Shown: positions 48,901 through 60,496 of the stretch, piece after piece
How the letters are laid out: each line of letters opens with the position of its first letter
Position numbering within the stretch: position 1 is the first letter of the stretch
Assembly (NCBI RefSeq): GCF_902652985.1
Contig: NC_047026.1
Location: 21,762,001-21,826,000, forward strand
Origin: Pecten maximus
Lineage: Eukaryota
Length of the DNA: 64,000 bases
Direction: 5' to 3'
Program-made: the position numbers and the translations under genes
The notes under the pieces: generated by a model
What the model saw: only the letters and a program-made list of their open reading frames with translations
The model's database searches: none
Told to the model about the DNA's origin: nothing

Positions 48901-49528
48901 TGGAAAGAACCCTTTTTGTAGAACCAGTTTTATTCGGGACATATCAGACACCATGATACGATTTGGAATACACTCATTCTTCCTTGAATTCGTTCTTTCA
49001 TCTTTGACATGCAACTCAAGACAGTGGAAACTCTTTGTTAAAAACGTTACCGAACAGTTTTATTTCAATGAGTGGTGCTATAAAAGTGAGAACAATTATC
49101 TACTGAAGTGCTATACTAGTATACACCCACACATTGGCCCAAATCCTCTTTGGGAATTAAGCTTGAAGTATCCAAACCTAACGTGGACAATAGCGGAATT
49201 AATAAAATTATCGTATAGGACAGAAGCCGAAAGAGTAACTTGTAAATTGTGTCGAAAAGAAACAGACAACATAGCAAAGCATTTTCTTGTGCAATGTCCA
49301 TATCTATTCAGCAGTAGAGATGTGCTATTGGAGCATGTTGTTAACACACTGAAAGTTAGTGATTACGTTAAATTGGATTCGCTGGAAGAAGATGAGCAGT
49401 ACTTGTTTCTGTTAGGAAGTAGAATGGTGATGGATATAGCCGATAGTGAGTGGGAGAACTGCATCACTGGAGTTGCGCACTGCGTAGAACAGATGCTATT
49501 TGAAGTTAGCACTTTTCTTGAGGCATAA
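45998..49528 (+). CDS. LINE ORF2p (APE endonuclease, reverse transcriptase, C-terminal CCHC)
   Basis: TWNTRG, TEHWL, GDLNAH, IDHI, SDHLP; KAGGHD, NYRDITL, QQGFR, FLDNAKAFNSV, QGVGQG, FLADD; CKLC...HFLVQC; no stops. Confidence 0.95.
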   Translation: MDVNTGYVQLLYSLCSFLLVKLLTWNTRGVMYGTPLLSEILRNVDIAVVTEHWLPPEQLNFLESIDSNFRSFGRSDNRIPIDIEQRSHFRGCGGIAVLWRNHLKVTPLLSEGSDRVIVVAVQLHDKSFLYVIGALLPSTNRPLYEYQEALECVSDLFDRYSEQGQIIILGDLNAHISKKFGEKNHERANERGLILENFIHEKQLLSANSQDWSLGCDFTFVSYDGEHHSLIDHILVESSKCDLVASCETHDDHFLNVSDHLPVTIDYEAELCVTRTHTNAPRTVNWKKATFEEKTKYVSQLDERLSHLLNLRDSSINFDQLESIVKYIVATIREAANANLPIKRYRPFLKPYWNYGHVKELHNAMRQRRENWLKEGRPRGHNYESYKVYKESKREFRKSLDEARKTYEEKQMEELQEAAEIDIGTFYKAVRKKKCHKFASNELRIENEISRDSDTNRKAWAEHYKNLAKPGTQPHFDADFKEEVQRNIGQMYMNSFNNQNTICKKNIRFDELTKAIGDMKNGKAGGHDSIIVEHIRYGGTVLKKVLVILFNIIIDLEDYPKHFKKGIVITLFKGGKKDRLDMHNYRDITLTPVLQKIFEKIMYQRISKYCLKVGFPHKLQQGFRPQCGSITAAFTAKESICHFLERNSKVFAAFLDNAKAFNSVWINGLLVKVYRLGINGKFWRILHNSFADVTACVLYDGETSDAYPIEQGVGQGRTLSAWLFLAMIDDLAVRLEDSGLGLHVQSVHIPCVFLADDTLLLAASIRSLQMQLDIVHDYAKLWRLNYNSTKSSLMQFSNRKRPQSEPTTSCSLGNTAIGWVTSKVYAGITLCHNLKPDLQIASSCKKGRKAVNSLISVGIHQNGMNPLKSVRIIKSVVLPTILYGCELWADPTKSSSKELERTQRYAARRCQGFEKTSSSAITTRALGLPDVWCEVEKRKLFFWNKVCNASTDFVWKTLFLIRVSNFIFGKNPFCRTSFIRDISDTMIRFGIHSFFLEFVLSSLTCNSRQWKLFVKNVTEQFYFNEWCYKSENNYLLKCYTSIHPHIGPNPLWELSLKYPNLTWTIAELIKLSYRTEAERVTCKLCRKETDNIAKHFLVQCPYLFSSRDVLLEHVVNTLKVSDYVKLDSLEEDEQYLFLLGSRMVMDIADSEWENCITGVAHCVEQMLFEVSTFLEA

Positions 49529-49710
49529 ATTTCTGTGTTTGAGATACCGGTGACACTGAATTATGTAAATAATCTGCAACGCTTATAATGTAGCAATGTA
49601 ACATGTATATATCATGTTTTCTTTACTTTATTCATGTTAATTAGTTCACTGATAAAAGACATGTAATCTCAAAATTGAGGAAATAAAGAATCTGTCTGTC
49701 TGTCTGTCTG

Positions 49711-50490
49711 TCCTTACTACGTTACTAGAACGATTGTCTCATTCTTTACTACGTTACTAGAATGATTAGTCTAATTCCTTCATACGTTACTAGAATGATT
49801 GTCTCATGCCTTCATACGTTACTAGAATGATTGTCTCAATCCTTCATACGTTACTAGAATGAGTGCCTCATTCCTTCATACGTTACTAGAATGAGTGCCT
49901 TATTCCTTCATACGTTACTAGAATGATTGTCTCATGCCTTCATACGTTACTAGAATGATTGTCTCATGCCTTCATACGTTACTAGAATGATTGTCTCATG
50001 CCTTACTACGTTACTAGAATGATTGTCTCATTCCTTACTACGTTACTAGAATGATTATCTTCATTACAATTACTATACGTTACTAGAATGAGTGTCTCAT
50101 TCCTTACTACGTTACTAGAATGATTGCTCATGCCTTCATACGTTACTAGAATGATTATCTCATGCCTTCATACGTTACTAGAATGATTGTTTCATTCCTT
50201 CATACGTTACTTCAATGATTGTTTCATTCCTTCATACGTTACTAGAATGTTTGTTTCATGCCTTCATACGTTACTAGAATGATTTTTTCATTCCTTCATA
50301 CGTTACTAGAATGATTGCCTCATTCCTTACTACGTTACTAGAATGATTGTCTCATTCCTTCATACGTTACTAGAATGATTGCCTCATTCCTTCATACGTT
50401 ACTAGAATGATTGCCTCATTCCTTCATACGTTACTAGAATGATTGCCTCATGCCTTCATACGTTACTAGAATGATTGCCTCATGCCTTCA
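49711..50490. repeat. 32-bp satellite, block 3 (~24 more diverged units)
   Basis: Same unit, with more variants toward the array edge. Confidence 0.95.
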
Positions 50491-51149
50491 TTAGACTAGT
50501 CTCATGGATTGTATAAGACACATGATATAACACCTATCAGTACCAATTAAGAGTAAGATACAGTAGAACCAAGGTATACTAAATTACATCATACAGACTT
50601 CTGGGACCCGTCAGTGATGGTAAGTTGTCAAAGTGTTGACTCCCAGGAGGCGACTGAGGAAAGTCAAACTGGTTGAAAGAAATATCAAAATCTGGATAGG
50701 GAGATGAAATAGCTCTATAATCGATACATTGAATGATTAAGAATTCAATATTTCAAACGAATGGATTATAATGTGTCATACAGATTAATGTTAATCCCGG
50801 GGACAAAAGCCAACCTGTAGTGTCTATCACCTGCAATCTCAGTGAATTACATAAAAAGACACAAAACATTAGCACCTTATATACAAATGAGATATAGCAT
50901 GATTCAAACGCTCAGAATATTGTTAACATCTATAGTAATGAACTAGTTAATGTATATATAGTTTCTTATTATCTGCTAGCGAAAATATATACCTGTTTCT
51001 TCGTGATCTGTGTATATCCCTACATCATTTTAAAGCTGTGCATCTCCTTATACTATTAGCATAGATCTTAATTTTATTTCTGATAGCAGATGTAGGAAGT
51101 AAGAAAGGAAGACACATTGGTTATTAACAATCAGCGCACATCCTTAAAT

Positions 51150-51275
51150 ACACACACGTTCATACATACATACATACATACATACGTACATTGTTCGTAC
51201 ATGCGTGCGTGCGTGCATACATACATATACACGAACGCACGCACGCACACACGCACGCACGCACGCACGCACGCA
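51150..51275. repeat. Compound (CATA)n/(CGCA)n microsatellite
   Basis: Direct inspection. Confidence 0.9.
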
Positions 51276-53034
51276 TAATTGATGAGTAGTGTCATTTCAA
51301 AAAAATGTCAACTTTATTGTAAGTTTTTCAACTTATATTAGCTTAATCACGCTTGTTCTTTCTGTGAGAGAAAACGGCTAAGTCGCCGTGGAAAGCCAAT
51401 GTGGTGGAGCAGGTGACCCTAATAGTTTTTCACCGCCGATCGTGGAAGGGGACCCATTTCCCACAAAAAAAAAAAAAACACACGGATGATAATAACGACT
51501 TCAGTATTGCTAATCAACACCTTTCAGACAAACAGCATTTGGGCAGTAGTAAATTTCCATAGCAGTAAGTATCGGGTACCTGGTCAAATATATATATAAA
51601 TACCTTAAAAGAAAATTTAACTACAAATATTTATGTCGTCTTTTTTAATGATGGAAAAACATGCTAAATCCGTGGACAGTTGTAAAATTACTGACATCAA
51701 ATGTTGAAGTGAAGATTTTGATGATACCAAATTTCACTCGGATACATTTCTCACCGATTTGCAATTATGCTTAATCTGAACGCATGTTGAAATCCACCAG
51801 TATTAGCACAAAGAGAATAGTCTGTCCAGAATTGGTACTAAAATTACATGTTTTGAGTTAGATACCTGGAAATGTAGTATCTGGGACAGTGAGGAAGTAC
51901 TCGTAAGCACTTCAGACCTGTCAGTATTTTAAATAATACTCTGTTTTCGGCTTAAATCCTATACAAAGTTTTCTCGAAAATCAGGAAAAATCCATTAAAA
52001 ATTACTTACCTTAAAATGAGGTCGGTTTCCATCAATATCTGTAACTTTGGTGTATTGGGAGCCACTAATAGTAAGCCCTTTCACCTTGCAATTATCAATG
52101 TCATCCATTTCAGTACAGACCAAGAAAGAACAGCGCCTTCTCTCTCACTCTGATCGTTGTCGTATGCTATCAAAAAAAATGTGCGGTTTTGAAATATGCT
52201 GCCATGCTTGTGAATTTTACAGCCGAAGCAAACCTACTTATACCTGAAGTATCTATTAATATTATGCGCACTAGCATTCGTTTTAAGTCTAAAAAGTCTA
52301 ATTTATTCCTGACATACACAAATTTCAGTCTCAGCATTATAGATACAGAGACTGTTACAAACTTCATTGAACGCCGCTTGACCAAAAGTATCCTTTGAAT
52401 TCCTAATTTTTCCTTATTTAGAAAAATACAGATAACTTCCTAATAGCTTCTGGTTTTTTAATAATGTCACAGGCTGTCAGAAGCGATATATGACAACTAT
52501 TGATATTTTCAATTAATTTATTTCAATCTCCAGATCTAAGATCATTAACGTATTTCCTTTCATGTTGTTCTCCTACTAAACATATCTAGAGAGCTGTCAC
52601 CTCCCTGCACTTGTGTTTAATGATACATATTTATTTCTACATTATACCAGAATGTATAAATATTTGATATGAAATACACAGACAAATATTTACAGTTTCA
52701 TGAGTATTAATTATGACTCGTTTTGTCTCGTTCGGCATCACAGTACACAATTTTACAAATCAAACTGAAGAACTACAGAAAATGTCCCTTTACACCTCTT
52801 ATGTACAAGGAATGCATTTGGGACATGGGCTATTTATGTATCTCGATCAGCAGACATTGGTAAGCCCAATAAATGGCCCGCTGTATCCATCTGCATATTG
52901 ATCGTAGAAGTCGACTAGAAATGGGGCCCCTAAAGAATCTGGGATTTTCTTCTGTCGTTTTTATATAGGGGACACAGAAGAAACAGAAACAGATATCCTT
53001 CCCCTTTTGCAACACTCAGGATCTTAATTCTCTC

Positions 53035-56000
53035 CTTTCTTTCCTCACTATTCCCTCTTCTGTGTCACTTCTTTTGTCACTATTCTGTCTTTCTGTGTCC
53101 CTTCTTTCTTCACTATTCTGTCTTTCTGTGTCCTTTCTTCCTTCACTATTCTGTCTTTCTGTGTCCCTTCTTTCTTCACTATTCTGTCTTTCTGTGTCCT
53201 TTCTTTCGTCACTATTCTGTCTTTCTGTGTCCTTTCTTTCTTCACTATTCTGTCTTCCTGTGTCCCTTCTTTCTTCACTATTCTGTCTTTCTGTGTCCCT
53301 TTCTTCACTATTCTGTCTTTCTGTGTCCCTTCTTTCTTCACTATTCTATCTTTCTGTGTCCTTTCTTTCTTCACTATTCTGTCTTCCTGTGTCCCTTCTT
53401 TCTTCACTATTCTGTCTTTCTTTCTCCTTTCTTTCTTCACTATTCTGTCTTTCTGTGTCCTTTCTTTCTTCACTATTCTGTCTTTCTGTGTCCTTTCTTT
53501 CCTCACTATTCTGTCTTTCTGTGTCCCTTCTTTCGTCACTATTCTGTCTACCTGTGTCTTTTCTTTCTTCACTATTCTGTCTTTCTGTGTCCTTTCTTTC
53601 TTCACTATTCTCTCTTTCTGTGTCCCTTCTTTCATCACTATTCTGTCTTTCTGTGTCCTTTCTTTCTTCACTATTCGGTCTTTCTGTGTCCCTTTCTTCA
53701 CTATTCTGTCTTTCTGTGTCCTTCCTTTTGTTACTATTGTCTTTCTGTGTCCTTTCTTTCCTCACTATTCTGTCTTTCTGTGTCCCTTTCTTCACTATTC
53801 TGTCTTTCTGTGTCCTTTCTTTCTTCACTATTCTCTCTTTCTGTGTCCCTTCTTTCGTCACTATTCTGTCTTTCTGTGTTTTTTTTTCTTTTGTCACTAT
53901 TCTGTCTTTCTGTGTCCTTTCTTTCTTCACTATTCTGTCTTTCTGTGTCCCTTTCTTCACTATTCTGTCTTTCTGTGTCCTTCCTTTTGTTACTATTGTC
54001 TTTCTGTGTCCTTTCTTTCCTCACTATTCTGTCTTTCTGTGTCCCTTTCTTCACTATTCTGTCTTTCTGTGTCCTTTCTTTCTTCACTATTCTGTCTTTC
54101 TGTGTCCTTTCTTTCCTCACTATTCTGTCTTTCTGTGTCCCTTCTTTCGTCACTATTCTGTCTACCTGTGTCTTTTCTTTCTTCACTATTCTGTCTTTCT
54201 GTGTCCCTTCTTTCGTCACTATTCTCTCTTTCTGTGTCCTTTCTTTCTTCACTATTCTCTCTTTCTGTGTCCTTTCTTTCTTCACTATTCTATCTTTCTG
54301 TGTTTTTTTTCTTTTGTCACTATTCTGTCTTTCTGTGTCCCTTCTTTCGTCACTATTCTGTCTTTCTGTGTCCTTTCTTTCTTCACTATTCTGTCTTTCT
54401 GTGTCCTTTCTTTCTTCACTATTCGGTCTTTCTGTGTTTTTTTTCTTTTGTCACTATTCTGTCTTTCTGTGTCCTTTCTTTCATCACTATTCTGTCTTTC
54501 TGTGTCCCTTTCTTCACTATTCTGTCTTTCTGTGTCCTTCCTTTTGTTACTATTGTCTTTCTGTGTCCTTTCTTTCTTCACTATTTTGTCTTTCTGTGTC
54601 CTTTCTTTCGTCACTATTCTGTCTTTCTGTGTCCCTTCTTTCCTCACTATTCTGTCTTTCTGTGTCCCTTCTTTCTTCACTATTCTGTCTTTCTGTGTCC
54701 CTTCTTTCCTCACTATTCTGTCTTCCTGTGTCCTTTCTTTCTTCATTATTCTGTCTTTCTGTGTCCCTTCTTTCCTCACAATTCTGTCTTTCTGTGTCCT
54801 TTCTTTCTTCACTATTCTGTCTTTCTGTGTCCTTTCTTTCGTCACTATTCTGTCTTCCTGTGTCCTTTCTTTCTTCACTATTCTGTCTTTCTGTGTCCTT
54901 TCTTTTTTCACTATTATGTCTTTCTGTGTCCTTTCTTTCTTCACTATTCGGTCTTTCTGTGTCCCTTTCTTCACTATTCTGTCTTTCTGTGTCCTTTTCT
55001 TTTTCTCACTATTCTGTCTTTCTGTGTCCCTTTCTTAAATATTTGTCTTTCTGTGTCCTTTTTTCTTAAAATTATTCTGTCTTTCTGTGTCTTTTTTCCC
55101 TCACTATTCGGTTTTTGTGTCCTTTCTTTCTTCACTATTCTGTCTTTCTGTGTCCTTTCTTTCCTCACTATTCTGTCTTTCTGTGTCCTTTCTTTCCTCA
55201 CTATTCTGTCTTTCTGTGTCCCTTCTTTCTTCACTATTCTGTCTTTCTGTGTCCTTTCTTTCCTCACTATTCGGTCTTTCTGTGTCCCTTTCTTTCTTCA
55301 CTATTCTGTCTTTCTGTGTCCTTTCTTTCCTCACTATTCTGTCTTTCTGTGTCCTTTCTTTCCTCACTATTCTGTCTTCCTGTTTCCTTTCTTTCTTCAC
55401 TATTCGGTCTTTCTGTGTCCCTTTCTTCACTATTCTGTCTTCCTGTGTCCCTTCTTTCGTCACTATTCTGTCTTTCTGTGTCCTTTCTTTCTTCACTATT
55501 CTGTCTTTCTGTGTCCTTTGTTTCTTCACTATTCTGTCTTTCTGTGTCCTTTGTTTCTTCACTATTCTGTCTTTCTGTGTTTTTTTTCTTTTGTCACTAT
55601 TCTGTCTTTCTGTGTCCTTTCTTTCTTCACTATTCTGTCTTTCTGTGTCCTTCCTTTTGTTACTATTGTCTTTCTGTGTCCTTTCTATCTTCACTATTCT
55701 GTCTTTCTGTGTCCTTTCTTTCGTCACTATTCTGTCTTTCTGTGTCCCTTCTTTCCTCACTATTCTGTCTATCTGTGTCCCTTCTTTCTTCACTATTCTG
55801 TCTTTCTGTGTCCCTTCTTTCCTCACTATTTTGTCTTCCTGTGTCCTTTCTTTCTTCACTATCCTGTCTTTCTGTGTCCCTTCTTTCTTCACTATTCTGT
55901 CTTTCTGTGTCCCTTCTTTCTTCACTATTCTGTCTTCCTGTTTCCTTTCTTTCTTCACTATTCTGTCTTTCTGTGTCCTATCTTTCTTCACTATTCTGTC

Positions 56001-56545
56001 TTTCTGTGTCCTTTCTTTTGTCACTATTCTGTCTTTCTGTGTCCTTTCTTTCTTCACTATTCTGTCTTCCTGTGTCCTTTCTTTCTTCACTATTCTGTCT
56101 TTCTGTGTCCTTTCTTCCTTCACTATTCTGTCTTTCTGTGTCCCTTCTTTCTTCACTATTCTGTCTTTCTGTGTCCCTTCTTTCTTCACTTTTTTGACTT
56201 TCTGCGTCCCTTCTTTCTTCACTATTCTGTCTTTCTGTGTCCCTTCTTTCATCACTATTCTGTCTTTCTGTATCCTTTCTTTCTTCACTATTCTGTCTTT
56301 TTGTGTTTTTTCTTTCTTCACTATTCTGTCTTTCTGTGTCCTTTCTTTCTTCACTATTCTGTCTTTCTGTGTCCTTTCTTTTTTCACTATTATGTCTTTC
56401 TGAGTCCTTTCTTTCCTCACTATTCTGTCATTCTGTGTCCGTTCTTTCTTCACTATTCTGTCTTTCTGAGTCCTTTCTTTCTTCACTATTCTGTCTTTCT
56501 GTGTCCCTTCTTTCTTCACTCTTCTGTCTTTCTGTGATTTGTTTC
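53035..56545. repeat. 33-bp polypyrimidine/polypurine satellite (~105 units), TCACTATTCTGTCTTTCTGTGTCCTTTCTTTCT, with 30- and 32-bp variants
   Basis: Direct inspection; produces the KKERTQKDRIV-type spurious ORFs. Confidence 0.96.
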
Positions 56546-57477
56546 CTTCTGTAGGTGTCTCCTTGACACCCCACCTCATATTACTCTAGCTATTGTAATG
56601 ACTCTAAATCCCTATAAACAAAACAAACAAGACATATCTTTAAAAAAGATAAACGGCATAGTTTTAATGTTTGTGGTTAATTATAATGTAAAACTGCTGG
56701 TGAAATAAATTAACGAACTAAAGCATTTCAAGCATGGATAACAAAATTATATTGGTTTGAATCATGTTTGGTGATAATAAGGCTACTTTTGAATCAGGAA
56801 TATAATGTTGTCAATCTGTCATTTGAAAAGATGCATCCACTTATTCAGCTTGCATTCAATCTTTCGTTTTTAACTGCATATCTGCATTTTGCATCTACCG
56901 CTACATTGACCAATCACATAATTCATCTTGACCAGTAACGCCACCTGTCGCGTCATATCCGAGCCAAAAGAATATTAGACGGCTATGCCGAAAAACAACT
57001 AATGTATCTGTATGGAGGGTTAAAAGGGACATAATTATATGTTTAACTTTTATTGTTTGTTTAACCATTTAACTCATTGTTTTGATTATTGTTCCTTTAT
57101 CTTTTATTTTTTTCATTTCTTTATTTTTACATCGTGATAAGTGTTGATATTTAATTTCTTTTATTCAGAGGTAAATAGTTTGTGTTTCTTTGTTTTATAT
57201 TCCTATTGCTGCAGACTGATGCTATAAACTAAGTAAAATTGTGTTTAACAATTTTAGATATAAGTCGGCTATTTCTATTTTGTGACCAAAAACATTGATT
57301 TAATATGTCATTTTTTCAGTTTCTGCTTGATAGTTTTATGGTTTTCAAATTTAGTGGTTTAATATCGCATTTTCTTCTTTTCCTATTTGATTATTTAAGT
57401 ATATTTTGTTTCACAACAACAATGTAAGTGTTTCAGAATTATGTCTCAAAAAACCCTTGATGCATTTTTTCAAACTA

Positions 57478-58464
57478 CAGTCAAACCTCGATGATTCGAA
57501 CTTCGTTGATTCGAATTTCTCGCTGTATCGAACTTTTTGCTTGGTCCCGATTTCCTTACTATATAACGCTGCTAACGAACCTATGCATGATTCGAATTTT
57601 TATAAATCGAAGTTTTCGATGTATCGAACTTTTTTCATGGCCCGTTAGCTATGATGTCATAGGTAATTGACATCTCATGATTCGAACAAAAGTTTACCTG
57701 TACTGACCACTGGACAGCTGTTGGTCGTGACCCCCGCGGCAAGATTTCACACTTCTCCCCTAGATGCCCTGACTGACAATAGGGATAACGATAGCGTGTG
57801 TTGTCACTCCCGATCATGGGGTTAATTAATAATCAGACCAATTTGATAGATAAAAGGTGTATTTAGAAGCCATGACATTTAATCACTGCGGTAAAACATT
57901 TCGGTAGTCGTCTCTGATAATCTTCGCCGCCATTGAAATCAGCGGTCTGTGAGTAAATTTTACGGAACTATAAAACAAGCGGATGAATTTTAAACACAAA
58001 CAATTAGCGATGTCTTCATTCATAAGTGTCACATTGCAAACTTATACATAAATATCCAAGTAAATCGATTATTTGTCATTCAATCATGCATTCTCCAACC
58101 GATCGGCATTCCGTATTTTATATGCACATAACGTAACCGCACGTGTCTTTAGCAGAAAAGCCTAACGACTTACGTAAGTGTGCATTGTACTTCTTTTGCT
58201 TTATCTGTTAAACGCGATATAAGTGTTTTGTAACCGATACATAGTTTGTTTAATTAATAAAATGCTTAGGTATAATTAATGAAATTAACTTTTGAGCCTG
58301 ACAGGCGACGATCATCACGAAGACACCGAGGACATGTAACGTTAACATATATGGTCATTATCAAGAAAACATCGATCTATTGTCAACCATGAATAATTCG
58401 AAGTCCCGCTGTTTCGAAGTTTTTCTTTTAGTCCCTTGAACTTCGAAACATCGAAGTTTGACTG
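57478..58464. mobile_element. Tc1/mariner (pogo/Tigger-like) MITE, 987 bp, TA TSD
   Basis: TA|CAGTCAAACCTCGATGATTCGAA ... TTCGAAACATCGAAGTTTGACTG|TA; subterminal TTCGAA repeats. Confidence 0.85.
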
Positions 58465-59189
58465 TATTCTAACACCAGGGGGCAGTAAAATCTAAACATA
58501 AATATATAATCTCGGGGCGCTCCCCAACAACCACCGACTGGTAACTTCACATTATGATTTTATCAAAATGGTTAAATCCTAGGCATTGTGCTTATTAGAT
58601 ATGTAATTATTAGTATTGAGACACCGTTTGTGTACCAATAAAATGTTTGTTTTTGACGATTTTTCCGTGTCGTTTTACGACATCGCTCAACTTTTGTGAC
58701 GGAAGTGGATTAATCAGCTAGACCAGCGTTCATCTTTTCGATAACAAATCTAATCTCTTACGGAGTCGTAGGTTTCCAGTAGGTTTCCTAGGTCTAGTGT
58801 AAATGTTACGTGTTCATTAACGTTTTAGAGACAGGCGACGTTTAAATATGTAATATTTAATGTCTTTATTGTTTGTTTGTTTAATGGAATTACTGTGTCG
58901 TTAGTTTATTCTTTGATGTCTTGATCAGCTGATATTTGTTTATGTTGTGTTCGAGAATCATATCTCGTACATATTAGCTTACGATGACACGAACTTTCAT
59001 GGAACTACGTATATACATGTACGTATACTGTATATGTACTTCAGTACACACTAGCAGTATATTAAATAATTCTTTTTCAGTAATAGAAGTTTTTTTCTCA
59101 AATTCTTAATGAAATATAGAATTCTAGATATGTTCTAATGCTTTAAATTTTGACAGTGTCAAATTATATCATCTGTTGCATTGATTAAT

Positions 59190-60090
59190 AAATGAAATAA
59201 GTTTTCAAATATATGTAAACCCTTCACTTTTATGCACCAAAGAAAGCAATATGCAAGAAAGCTGTTCTGACAAATTTTAGGCTAAAATATTGTCAATTAT
59301 TATGTTGCATTAGGAAAAATTCTGTTGCTTTGGGTGTATAGAAAGATGTCATGCATTTTTTTTATCTTTTAAAATTAAATCAATTTCAATTTATTACAAA
59401 GAAGTATAAGATAGAAAATCATTTGACAAAATCAAAGAGTTACCAGGTTTTAGCTATCACAATTTTACAAAATAGTTGACTTTGAAATTTCATGAATTAG
59501 TAAATTTTCAAATATCTATAAGTTGCTTTATTATCAATTCCATATCAACATATTTCATCCATTTGCTTACATGTGCCAAAGAAAACCATGTGCGAGGAAC
59601 CTGTTCTGAGAAAATTTTACTAAAATTATGTTGATTGTTATATCACATTAAGTTAATTAACTAATTTAGGGTGTGGAACCATGTTGTAGTTTTGTCTTTT
59701 GAATTTGTAATCAGTTTCAACTTATTACAAAAGGTATAATAGAAAACTACTTGTCAAAATTAAAGAATTACTAATATTTTGTTATCACTGTTGTTATCAA
59801 GATTTCATCTGCACATAGGTAGCAATTGGTAAATTTTGAAATATCTTTGCTTTAAATACCATTCCGACATATTTCAACCTTTCGCTTACATATACCAAAG
59901 AAAACAATGTGCAAGAAACCAATTCTGACAAATTTATACTTAAGTTTTTGGAACTATTATGTATTTATTGTGTTGCACTATGTTAAATTCAATGTTGGGG
60001 AACAGAGTAGTTGTTTTTTTATCTTTTGAATTTAAACTTTACTTATATAAAGGTATTATAGAAAATTATTTGACAAATTCAAACAATGAC
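59190..60090. repeat. Old tandem repeat, ~320-340-bp unit, ~3 diverged copies
   Basis: CCAAAGAAA..A.TGTGC.AG.AA.C..TTCTGA anchor at ~59237, ~59576 and ~59895. Confidence 0.7.
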
Positions 60091-60496
60091 CATGCAGGAT
60101 TTAATGATAAGCATTCTACAAGATAGTCTTCTTCATAATGTCATCTACACACAGATGAAATACAGTAACACTACAGTAGGACTAGTGTACATGTAAATAG
60201 TTTATATGTTTCTTTTTTTTAGGCCAACACCACCATATGCAAACATTTACATCAGGAAGGGTGTTACAAGTTGTTGGCCAAAGACTGCAGTTAATTTCCC
60301 TCTATATTCTACTGAAGAAACAAATTCAGGAATTTGAAACTTTACATAAAATCTGGTTTTAATTTCATATTGTAGAACTATTCTCTCAATATTAAACTAT
60401 TTTTATATTGGGATAACACCATTTTCTTTTATTTTCACATCTTTTACAATTGCAACTGTGACAATTAAAAAGTTTTAAACAGGTACTGAAATTGCA

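Larger units (their letters stand above)
44259..49710 (+). mobile_element. Apparently full-length, intact non-LTR retrotransposon (APE-RT LINE) with (TCTG)5 tail; clade not assigned
   Basis: 5' UTR, ORF1, ORF2, AATAAA at 49682 and (TCTG)n tail; satellite on both sides. Confidence 0.94.

Noticed and set aside
53048-56579. Long ORFs (up to 843 aa) with KKERTQKDRIV / SLFCLSVSFLS repeats
   Set aside because: By-product of a 33-bp satellite lacking stops on both strands; 32-bp variants shift the frame repeatedly, so no frame is conserved.
56790-56995. Possible Helitron-like non-autonomous element fragment (similar suspicion at ~9060-9400 and ~5400-5690)
   Set aside because: Resembles dispersed bivalve repeats from memory only; no termini or TSD could be established from the sequence.
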